Source: Candidatus Forterrea multitransposorum CG_2015-17_Forterrea_25_41
GTDB taxonomy: Archaea > Iainarchaeota > Iainarchaeia > Iainarchaeales > CSSED10-239
Assembly (NCBI GenBank): GCA_009392915.1
Contig: CP045477.1
Coordinates: 96,001-160,000 of the forward strand
Reading direction: 5' to 3'
Length of the DNA: 64,000 bases
Part shown: positions 55,983 to 64,000 of the stretch, one piece after another
How the letters are laid out: each line of letters opens with the position of its first letter
Position numbering within the stretch: position 1 is the stretch's first letter
Notes under the pieces: model-generated
What the model saw: the letters and a program-made list of their open reading frames with translations, nothing else
Databases searched by the model: none
What the model was told of the DNA's origin: nothing
Position numbers and translations under genes: made by a program

Positions 55983-57287
55983 ATGGAAAAAAAATATTTA
56001 TCAATAAAAGAAGTTTTAGAAAAGAAAGAAGGAGAGGTATCTTTAAGAGGATGGGTACACAGGTTTAGAGACCAAAAGACAACAATCTTTATAACCTTAA
56101 GAGATGTTACAGGGGTAATACAACTTGTGTGTGATCAAGATAAAGTATCTCCAGAGCTTTTTGAAAAAATAAAACAAACAACTATAGAATCATCAATAGT
56201 TGTTTCTGGAACTGTAAGAAAAGAAGAAAGATCTCCTCAAGGTTATGAAATTGATATAAAAGATTATGAGATTGCAGGTCTTGCAGAAACTTATCCAATA
56301 TCAAAAGATTTTTCTGAAGAATTTCTTTTAGATGTAAGACACTTATGGTTAAGATCAAGAAAAATGCAAGCAATCTTAAAAATAAGATCAACTGTCTTTA
56401 GAGCTATTCATGATTATTTTAGAAGTCAAGATTATTATGAATATCAATCTCCAGTTCTTCAGTCAGTTCAATGTGAAGGAGGATCAAGTTTATTTAAGGT
56501 TGATTACTTTGAAAAGAAAGGTGTCTTTTTAGCACAGACATGGCAATTGTATGCAGAGCCAGCTATCTTTTCTTTAGAAAGAATATATACAATCTCTCCA
56601 TCTTTTAGAGCGGAAAAGTCAAAGACAACAAGACATTTAGCTGAATATTGGCATGCAGAGATGGAAGGAGCTTGGGTTTCTTTTGAAGAGTTACAAGAGC
56701 ATGCAGAAGGTTTAATAAAAAAAGTAATCTCTGATGTTTTAAAACACCATAGAGATGATCTTGAAACTTTAAAGAGAGATGTTAAAGTTTTAGAAACTGC
56801 AATTTCAAAACCTTTTGTAAAAATGACATACACCGAAGCTTTAGAGATTTTAAAAAAAGAGCATGACATGCATGTTGAATGGGGAAAAGACCTAAGAACT
56901 GTTGAAGAGGATCTTTTATCTAAAATGTATGATACTTTTATTATTATTACAAGATATCCAAAAGAAGTAAAAGCTTTTTATATGAAAGAAGATCCACAAG
57001 ACCCTAGAGTAGTTTTAGGTTTTGATTGTATCGGTCCTGAAGGTTATGGTGAGATTATAGGTGCAAGTGAAAGAGAGGATGATATTAAAAAAATAGTTGA
57101 AAGACTTGAAAAAGACGGAGAAGATGTCTCACAATATGATTTCTATCTTGACACTAGAAAATATGGTTCTGTCCCTCATTCTGGTTTTGGAATGGGTGTT
57201 GAAAGAATAATCTCTTATATCATAAAAGCTGATACAATAAAGGATGCTATTGCTTTCCCTAGAACAATGGTAAGGTATAGACCTTAA
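55983..57287 (+). CDS. asnS: asparaginyl-tRNA synthetase (class IIb)
   Basis: 434 aa; N-terminal OB anticodon-binding domain; FRAEKSKTTRHLAEYWHAEMEGAW (motif 2), GFGMGVERI (motif 3); the C-terminal FPRT matches AsnRS rather than AspRS (FPRD). Confidence 0.6.
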   Translation: MEKKYLSIKEVLEKKEGEVSLRGWVHRFRDQKTTIFITLRDVTGVIQLVCDQDKVSPELFEKIKQTTIESSIVVSGTVRKEERSPQGYEIDIKDYEIAGLAETYPISKDFSEEFLLDVRHLWLRSRKMQAILKIRSTVFRAIHDYFRSQDYYEYQSPVLQSVQCEGGSSLFKVDYFEKKGVFLAQTWQLYAEPAIFSLERIYTISPSFRAEKSKTTRHLAEYWHAEMEGAWVSFEELQEHAEGLIKKVISDVLKHHRDDLETLKRDVKVLETAISKPFVKMTYTEALEILKKEHDMHVEWGKDLRTVEEDLLSKMYDTFIIITRYPKEVKAFYMKEDPQDPRVVLGFDCIGPEGYGEIIGASEREDDIKKIVERLEKDGEDVSQYDFYLDTRKYGSVPHSGFGMGVERIISYIIKADTIKDAIAFPRTMVRYRP

Positions 57288-57595
57288 TTTTTTAAAAGAT
57301 AAAAGTATTATACTTTTTATAATACTTTTTCTTATATTATTTTAGATAATTTTATTTTGGGAATATATGATTAAAAATAAATCTAAGATTGTTTTAGAAG
57401 TAATTAAAGAAGTTGAAAAATTAAAAAAACAAAAGATTAAACCAATGTCAAAGAATGATTTAAATGATTTCTTTGAAAATGCTAAAAATTAATTTTTTAT
57501 ATTTAAATATTTTTTATATTCAATTTATTTGTCTAATTTTGTTTTTGTAATACAAATAGATTGTTTTTTAAACTTTTTGTATTACATAAATATAT

Positions 57596-58099
57596 ATGTT
57601 AAATAATAAAGTTAATGCTGTAATTGACTCTTCATTTTGGATAAACTTGAGTAGAGTTGATCTTACAAAATATTTATTAGATTATTTTACTATTTATTCT
57701 ACCATAAAAGTAAAAGAAGAACTTTTTGATTTTTACGAAAGAAGAGGTTATTTTTCAAAAGATTCTTATCTTTTTAAGTTATATTTAGAAGCAGATTTTA
57801 TTATTTTAAAAGACCTTAAAGAAATTACTTTAAAAATAAAGCAAGAATTGTCAAAAGATTCTGGAGAGTTATATTCTGCTGCTCTTTTAAAGGAAATTGG
57901 AGGTGTTTTTTTAACAGATGATAAGGGGGCACTTAATTTTTGCAAAAATAATAATCTTTTTGCAATTACTTCTGTTTATTTAATAGTTAGACTTTATAAG
58001 GATAATTTAATATCAAAAGAAAAAGCTAAATTTTCAATTATGCGATTAAAAGGAAAAATAAGTAATATACATATACAATCTGCTTTAAAGGATTTATAG
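57596..58099 (+). CDS. PIN-like nuclease domain protein (DUF3368-like toxin candidate)
   Basis: 167 aa; N-terminal AVIDSSFWINL acidic PIN start; internal TDDKGAL. Confidence 0.4.
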   Translation: MLNNKVNAVIDSSFWINLSRVDLTKYLLDYFTIYSTIKVKEELFDFYERRGYFSKDSYLFKLYLEADFIILKDLKEITLKIKQELSKDSGELYSAALLKEIGGVFLTDDKGALNFCKNNNLFAITSVYLIVRLYKDNLISKEKAKFSIMRLKGKISNIHIQSALKDL

Positions 58100-58119
58100 T
58101 ATAAAAGGAGGTTTTTAAC

Positions 58120-58476
58120 ATGGTTAAAAAAGATTATAAATTGAAATCTTATAGATTATCTGATAGTTCCTTAAAATTAATATATAATGTTTCTAAAGAA
58201 AAAGATTTGAGTGAATCTGAAGCTTTAAGAATGTTAGTTGACAAAGGGCTTTATGAATATAAGTTAGAGTCAGCAATAAAAACATATTATGATAAAAATT
58301 TAGATTTAACTGCTGGAGCAAAACTTGCTGGTATTTCCAAAAGAGAGTTTATGGAAGAACTTTCAAGAAAAGGGGAAGGTATTAATCTTTCAAAAGAAGA
58401 TTATGATTATTCTAAAAAATCTTTTGAAAAATTATTTGGAAAAACAAAAAAGAAAACTACTCAAAAGCCCAAGTAG
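58120..58476 (+). CDS. UPF0175-like HTH antitoxin candidate
   Basis: 118 aa; LDLTAGAKLAGISKREFMEELSRKG resembles the UPF0175 HTH (ISLGKAAELAGMSRWEF...); SD AAGGAGG. Confidence 0.45.
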   Translation: MVKKDYKLKSYRLSDSSLKLIYNVSKEKDLSESEALRMLVDKGLYEYKLESAIKTYYDKNLDLTAGAKLAGISKREFMEELSRKGEGINLSKEDYDYSKKSFEKLFGKTKKKTTQKPK

Positions 58477-59905
58477 TTTTTTCTTTAGAATCAAAAAGAA
58501 TAACTCCTTTTTTCTTAAGGTTTATTCTTATGATGTCTGCTTCTTCCCATTTCTTAGAATCTCTTAATTCTTGTCTTTTTAAAATTAATTTTTCAATTTC
58601 TTCAACAGGCATTTTATTTTTTGCTTTATTTTCACTATTACTTTCAAAATTTAAAACTTTAAAAACAAGATTTACTTTTTTCAAAAATTCTAAAATCTGT
58701 GATGCTTCTTCTCTGGTTAATTTTTCTTGATCCATTAGTTTGTTTGTTTCTTTTACAAGGAAAAAGATTTGCGCCCATGCATTTGGTGTGTTAAGATCAT
58801 CATCCATGGCTTTTTCAAAATTAAAGATTGATGTTTCAATAATTTCTTTTGCATAAAACATTTCTTTTTCTTGTTTAACTTCTTGAAGTCTTCTTATATA
58901 GTTGTTTAGGTTTTGTAAAGTTTTTTTAGCATCTAAAATAGATTGTTCTGTATAGTTTTGTGGTTTTCTATAATGTCCTGTTGAGAAAACATATCTAAGT
59001 TCTTCAGCTGTATTTTTCTTTAAAAAGTCTTCAATGGTTATAAAGTTTCCTAAGGATTTTCCCATTTTCTTTCCATCAATTGAAAGCATTGCTGTATGTA
59101 CCCAGTAGTTTACCATCTTATGATTTAAACAACCAAAGTTTTGTGCAATTTCATTTTCATGATGAGGGAAAACATGTTCTATTCCTCCGCCATGAATATC
59201 AAAATTATCTCCAAGATATTTATTACCCATAACTGAACATTCCATGTGCCAACCAGGATAGCCAAGACCCCATGGAGAATTCCATTTCAAGATATGCTCT
59301 GATTTTGCTTTTATCCAAACTGCAAAGTCTGCTGGGTTTTTCTTTTCTTCATCATTTTTAAATCTTGTATCTTTTAAAAGATCTTCAATCTTTCTGTTTG
59401 AAAAAGAACCATATTCTGAATATTTTGAAACATCAAAATAAATTCCATTTTTAGTTTCATATGCAAAACCATTTTCAAGAAGTTTTTTAACCCATTCTAT
59501 TATTTCTGGAACATGTGCTGAGGCTTGTGGTTCTATGTTTGGTCTTGATATTTTTAAATCATCAAAAGCTTTCCACATTCTATGTGAATATTTATAAGCA
59601 AGTTCCATTGGGTGTACTTTTCTTTCTTTTGCTCTTTTTGTCATTTTGTCTTCTCCAGAATCTCCTAAGCCATCATCTGTTAGATGACCAACATCTGTAA
59701 TGTTTCTAACATAGAAAATCTGGTAGTTATGAAAAATTTTAAAATAATTGATTAAAAGATCATAGTAGATATATGACATTGCATGCCCTAAATGAACATC
59801 ATCATAAACAGTTACTCCACACACATATATTTTAAGTAAACCTTTTTCAACAGGTTTAAAGGCTTCTTTTTTTCTTGTAAGTGTGTTGTAGAGTTTTATT
59901 GTCAT
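58457..59905 (-). CDS. cysS: cysteinyl-tRNA synthetase
   Basis: 482 aa; CGVTVYDDVHLGHA (HIGH), zinc-binding Cys, KMGKSLGN (KMSKS); SD GGTGA. Confidence 0.85.
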   Translation of the reverse strand: MTIKLYNTLTRKKEAFKPVEKGLLKIYVCGVTVYDDVHLGHAMSYIYYDLLINYFKIFHNYQIFYVRNITDVGHLTDDGLGDSGEDKMTKRAKERKVHPMELAYKYSHRMWKAFDDLKISRPNIEPQASAHVPEIIEWVKKLLENGFAYETKNGIYFDVSKYSEYGSFSNRKIEDLLKDTRFKNDEEKKNPADFAVWIKAKSEHILKWNSPWGLGYPGWHMECSVMGNKYLGDNFDIHGGGIEHVFPHHENEIAQNFGCLNHKMVNYWVHTAMLSIDGKKMGKSLGNFITIEDFLKKNTAEELRYVFSTGHYRKPQNYTEQSILDAKKTLQNLNNYIRRLQEVKQEKEMFYAKEIIETSIFNFEKAMDDDLNTPNAWAQIFFLVKETNKLMDQEKLTREEASQILEFLKKVNLVFKVLNFESNSENKAKNKMPVEEIEKLILKRQELRDSKKWEEADIIRINLKKKGVILFDSKEKTTWAFE

Positions 59906-60141
59906 ATATTTTTCACCTTTTTATAATATATTTATAATTAATATTATAGTATAAAAAGTTTATAAAATGCTTCTTTTGTTTTATTTTTGTAATTTTTAAT
60001 ATTTTAAGAATATATATAAATATATTGTTTCTTATATAATATATAGTTTAGATAGTTATTGTTAACTTAAAAACTATATTTAATTAATTTAAATTTATGA
60101 AATAATAATTATGGAACATTTATAAAAGAGGTTTTATTAAT

Positions 60142-62544
60142 ATGCAAAAGAGATTAGGTATTTTAGGTATTTTTTTAATAGTTTTAATGTTTGTTTTTTC
60201 ATCAGGCTTTGTTTTTGCTGAAAATTCATTTGTAAGTTATAGTTCTACTTCAAAAGTAGGTTGGGAAATAACTTCTGCTGAAATTACAAATGATAATATT
60301 GAAATTAATTACATGAATAATCTTGAAGCAAGAGATTCTTGTAAAACAAATGAAAGAACTTTTATGTGGGTTCCTTTTGCAACAGAATATAGAGGTTTGT
60401 TTTTAGTAACTCTTTTTGTTCCTAATAATTTTAATAATGAATCTGGATTTGATTCATTTTTGTATGATAATTTGTCTGACAGAGGAAAAAGTGAAAATGA
60501 AACAGAAGATACTCTTAAAAAATATGAACGATATTTAAAAAGTAATGATCCTACTTTTATGAATTATTTAAATAGTTATGTTAGTGAAGATAAATATTTT
60601 TATATAGTTAAAATTGAAGATGATTTTAAACAAAATAAAAATTATACTCATAATATTGATTTAAGTATGATTAATGAATTAGATAAATTTGGAAAAGTTT
60701 ATATTTATTTATATGATCATTGTGGAAGTTTATCTTCATTTTATCATAATGACTATAAAATTTCTAAAAATCTTGCGAAAGCAGTTTATAATTTTAGTGA
60801 TGGTCAAGAAGAAACTTCTAAAAAAGAAAATGCTACTTCAATAAAATTATCTTCTTCTATTGAAGATAATAAAATAAAATTAGATTCAAATGTTACTGAT
60901 AATGTTAATATTTATTATACATTAGATGATTTTAATTTAGAAAACCATTTTAAATCAAAATTTGTTGAATTTAATTATAATAAAGAAAAAATAAATACTT
61001 ATCTTAAAAGTAATTCTTGGAATATTAATCAATTTGGGGTAAATTTTAAAGTGACTAAATATACTGCACCTGTATCTTTATCTTCTGGACAAAAACTAAA
61101 TGCAATTGCAGTTAATTATGATAATTTTACTTTAAGTAATTATCTTGAAGGAATTACTCTTTCATCTTCTGAAAATTATTCTTCATCTTCTCAAAGCAAT
61201 AATTTTTCAATTAACTTTAAAGAAGATAAAAAAACAGATAATGTGATTTGTGAAAAGGAAACAAAAATTTGTTATGTTAAATTTAATCAAAACATTGATT
61301 TAGATTTAATTGCAAATAAAGTAAATGATGGAAATGTTTATTTTTATATTAATGATATAGAAGGAGATATTGAAAATATTGTAAAAAGCTTATCTTCTCC
61401 TCTTTTAAATATTACACCACCTGCTAAATTAAATGATAATAAACTAAGTTTAGGAAGTAATTTATTCAAATATTCAGATTTAGAAAATTATACTCTAAAT
61501 CTTAATCAAAATGAATCAAAGTTTTTTACTATTAGTGCTTTCCAATTAAATACAAATGTTGATAAGTTATATTTTGTATTTTTACCTGACGAAAACTTTG
61601 AAGATTTAGTAAAATATAAAACTTTACAAAAAATAATAAATTCTGTATATTGTGATGGTTGTAAAATTCCAGATTGGATGCCAAATGGATTAATAATTGA
61701 TAATCAAAATTTATCTACTAGTGATCCTGATCCTTCTACTAGTGATCCTGATCCTTCTACTAGTGATCCAAATTGTAAATATACTGGTGATTTTGAAATT
61801 TTATGTGATTTTCATATCTTTAATTTAGATAAAGATATTGGAAGTAGTTCTATTGATAGTTCAGCAGGAACATTTAGCCCTAAAGAAACATATTATTTAG
61901 AAATTGAATATTTTTATAATGATAAAAAAAATAATTTTAATAAAAATTTAGAAGCTTATAAATTATTTGAATCTGAAAAAAATAATTTTAATCTTACTGA
62001 AAATGAAATTACAATATTTTTTTCAATAATTGGAGGAGAATCCTCTTTTTTAAATGATCAAGCTGGTGATCAAGGAGAATCTATAGGTTTAACTCAAATA
62101 AATAAACCTATATGGAGAACAGAAAGTGGTTTTAATGATCTAAAAGTATATCTTCCAAGTGAAGTTAATACAGTTGAAAAATATTATAAATATTTTGATG
62201 ATTCTAAAAATGATTTAAATAAATCTTTATATTTAGGTCTTGCAGTTTTTAAATATAATTTAAATTATGCTAAAAATAATATTTCTAACTTTAATTCAAA
62301 GTATTCAGATATTGATAGAGCATTTATAATGTTTTACGCACACCAGTTTAATATAAGAGATACAAAAACATTCTTTAATACTGTAAATATTCCTACAGAT
62401 AAAGAAAATGTAATTATTAATTGTGCAGGAACTGGTAATGATTTATTCCAAAATTCTTCTTTAAAGAAACTTGGTTGTGTTGCGACTGTAGGTTCTGTAA
62501 GAAAAATTGGATGGTATCTTAATTACATAAATAATTTAAATTAA
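60142..62544 (+). CDS. secreted protein with C-terminal lytic transglycosylase (SLT/lysozyme-like) domain
   Basis: 800 aa; signal peptide MQKRLGILGIFLIVLMFVFSSGFVFA; STSDPDP x3 linker; C-terminal IIGGESSFLNDQAGDQGESIGLTQI matches the SLT motif ES.F...A.S..GA.GLMQ. Confidence 0.45.
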   Translation: MQKRLGILGIFLIVLMFVFSSGFVFAENSFVSYSSTSKVGWEITSAEITNDNIEINYMNNLEARDSCKTNERTFMWVPFATEYRGLFLVTLFVPNNFNNESGFDSFLYDNLSDRGKSENETEDTLKKYERYLKSNDPTFMNYLNSYVSEDKYFYIVKIEDDFKQNKNYTHNIDLSMINELDKFGKVYIYLYDHCGSLSSFYHNDYKISKNLAKAVYNFSDGQEETSKKENATSIKLSSSIEDNKIKLDSNVTDNVNIYYTLDDFNLENHFKSKFVEFNYNKEKINTYLKSNSWNINQFGVNFKVTKYTAPVSLSSGQKLNAIAVNYDNFTLSNYLEGITLSSSENYSSSSQSNNFSINFKEDKKTDNVICEKETKICYVKFNQNIDLDLIANKVNDGNVYFYINDIEGDIENIVKSLSSPLLNITPPAKLNDNKLSLGSNLFKYSDLENYTLNLNQNESKFFTISAFQLNTNVDKLYFVFLPDENFEDLVKYKTLQKIINSVYCDGCKIPDWMPNGLIIDNQNLSTSDPDPSTSDPDPSTSDPNCKYTGDFEILCDFHIFNLDKDIGSSSIDSSAGTFSPKETYYLEIEYFYNDKKNNFNKNLEAYKLFESEKNNFNLTENEITIFFSIIGGESSFLNDQAGDQGESIGLTQINKPIWRTESGFNDLKVYLPSEVNTVEKYYKYFDDSKNDLNKSLYLGLAVFKYNLNYAKNNISNFNSKYSDIDRAFIMFYAHQFNIRDTKTFFNTVNIPTDKENVIINCAGTGNDLFQNSSLKKLGCVATVGSVRKIGWYLNYINNLN
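61717..61770 (+). repeat. 21-nt tandem repeat (2.6 copies) encoding STSDPDP linker
   Basis: ACTAGTGATCCTGATCCTTCT x2 plus the partial ACTAGTGATCCA. Confidence 0.8.
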
Positions 62545-62610
62545 ATATTTTTACTTTAATTAAAAGAGAAACAATTCTCTTTTTATTTCTTTATTTACTA
62601 TATATTATAT

Positions 62611-64000
62611 ATGAGTAAAAGATATTTTACAATAATTTTCTTTATATTTCTAATAATAGGTTTATCTGTTCCTATTTTTTCTGCAGAAATAAACCTAAAT
62701 CCTTCTAAAACTTATTACTACAACCAAGAAATTAATCTAGGAACAACTTCTCTTCCAGAAGAAACTTTCTATGTAAACCTAAAAATAACTTCTGAAAACA
62801 GAACTTTATTTGAAAGAGATTTTTTAAAAGAAGAAGCTTTTAACATCCCTTTTATCTTTCAAGACTTCTACCCTTCTTCTTTAACTTTAACTTATAATTA
62901 TTTTTCAGTTTCTAAAGATTTACTTGAAACAAAAGAAGCTAATTTACTTTTAACAAAACTAAACCAAGAGATTGAATATTTTTTCTGTAATGAAATTGAA
63001 TGTGAAAAAGAACTTTTTGATGTTATTGAAGAAAATAAAGATTTCTATCTTTCCTCTTCTCTAAAAAACATGTCTTTTACAGTAAAGATAACTTCACAAG
63101 ATTATTTAAAAGACTACAAAGAAGTATCTTTACCTTTAAAACTTAATTTAAAAGAAGGAGTTTATTCTTTAGAGATTTCAACACTTCTTGATGATTCAAT
63201 ATTTTCAAAGACTTTAGATATTATTGTAGTCTCACAAGATCAGATTTCTTCTCCTGAAAACAATCCTTCAGGTCTTGAAGGTTTAGGTTCTGGTGTTCAA
63301 GGTGTTCCTTCTCAAAATATTTTTCAAAAAATAAAAAGTAACAGCTTACAAGATAATTTAAGAAGCTATTGGTATATTCTTTTAATAATTATTATTTTAT
63401 TATTTTTAATATTTAAAAAAAGAAAAAAAGAACCTATGCAAGAAAATATTAAAAAAGAAAGTTCTCTTTCAAGAAGAGAAGCAAGAAAAATACATTTATT
63501 TATATTATTAATAATTATTTCTTTATTTTCACAAATTACTTTTGCAAACTTTGTTGATAAAGAATACGAGTTTAGTTACTTTACAGATGATTATAAACTT
63601 TTAGAAAAAAACTTTCCTCAAGAAAACGAAATTTCTTTATATCTTACAAATTTAAAGCAAACTAATTCTTATTTTTTACCTTTAATAAACCATACAAACC
63701 AATCTTTAGTTTATTCTCAGAAAAAAGAACTTTATCAAGGAACACTAGAATACATTCCAATATATTCTTTATTTGCAATTGATATAAATAAATCACAAGG
63801 AAATTATGCTCCTTTCTTGCCAAATGAACAATATTCTCAATATTGTAAACCAGTTTTAGATTATTTTAAAAATCATCCTGTTAGTACAAAAGTAGATTTA
63901 ATAAACAGAAATAAATTTTATTTAACAAATTATATTGGTTTTTCAAAAGAATGTATAGATGAGCTTATCTCTAAAAGATGGCTTCAAGAAAAATATGTTT
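62611..64000 (+). CDS. secreted/anchored surface protein, 3' partial (runs off the window)
   Basis: open frame from the ATG at 62611 to the window end with no stop (checked codon by codon); signal peptide MSKRYFTIIFFIFLIIGLSVPIFSA; internal YWYILLIIIILLFLIFKKRKK anchor, then a second signal-like hydrophobic segment. Confidence 0.45.
   Translation, partial: MSKRYFTIIFFIFLIIGLSVPIFSAEINLNPSKTYYYNQEINLGTTSLPEETFYVNLKITSENRTLFERDFLKEEAFNIPFIFQDFYPSSLTLTYNYFSVSKDLLETKEANLLLTKLNQEIEYFFCNEIECEKELFDVIEENKDFYLSSSLKNMSFTVKITSQDYLKDYKEVSLPLKLNLKEGVYSLEISTLLDDSIFSKTLDIIVVSQDQISSPENNPSGLEGLGSGVQGVPSQNIFQKIKSNSLQDNLRSYWYILLIIIILLFLIFKKRKKEPMQENIKKESSLSRREARKIHLFILLIIISLFSQITFANFVDKEYEFSYFTDDYKLLEKNFPQENEISLYLTNLKQTNSYFLPLINHTNQSLVYSQKKELYQGTLEYIPIYSLFAIDINKSQGNYAPFLPNEQYSQYCKPVLDYFKNHPVSTKVDLINRNKFYLTNYIGFSKECIDELISKRWLQEKYV

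Noticed and set aside
57367-57492. 41-aa ORF MIKNKSKIVLEVIKEVEKLKKQKIKPMSKNDLNDFFENAKN upstream of the PIN-like gene
   Set aside because: It has plausible coding character but no SD and is below reliable size; mentioned only as a possible third TA-locus component.

Overview
This window is a very AT-rich (~27% GC by eye), gene-dense archaeal segment. Archaeal ribosomal proteins (uS9, uS2, L7Ae, S28e, L24e, S6e, S24e, S27ae), RNAP subunits N/E'/Spt4, aIF5B and aIF2-gamma are all present, and Shine-Dalgarno motifs (GGTGA/AGGAGG) are used heavily. That combination, plus small genes and many surface proteins, is most consistent with a reduced-genome DPANN-type archaeon (inference). Contents: two translation/transcription gene blocks (79-1452; 7716-14261) and four tRNAs: Gln-CUG, Gln-UUG, Ile-GAU and an unusual Ile-UAU. 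GatD/GatE, IleRS, AsnRS and CysRS are present, as are a thermosome subunit, Alba, a histone-fold protein with an acidic tail, and endonuclease III. Very large secreted/surface proteins are prominent: an M6-like metalloprotease, a 989-aa protein with an archaeal class-III (pilin-like) signal peptide, a 1192-aa anchored protein, and an 800-aa protein with a C-terminal lytic-transglycosylase-like domain. An operon of PadR, a small membrane protein, a CARDB surface protein and an FtsX/ABC transporter is present. There is also an envelope cluster (LtaS/sulfatase-like, GT2 synthase, LMW phosphatase) and a TldD/PmbA pair. An accessory cluster holds a DUF2202 ferritin-like protein, a stand-alone Rnl2-like RNA-ligase adenylyltransferase, a class II Fic protein and TraB, ending at a tRNA-Gln. 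Candidates for something new: (i) a 482-aa colinear but catalytically degenerate family-B DNA polymerase homolog divergent from Alba; (ii) two paralogous 460-aa polytopic membrane/coiled-coil proteins of no recognisable family; (iii) a duplicated promoter and initial-transcript module in front of IleRS and AsnRS, whose long 5' leaders carry hairpins able to sequester their own ribosome-binding sites; (iv) operator-like repeats and palindromes in front of the Fic, RNA-ligase-like and TrmB genes; (v) a tRNA-Ile(UAU) and a tRNA-Gln with C33. No CRISPR array, transposase, integrase or rRNA is visible. All functional calls are from motif recognition by eye; no searches were run.
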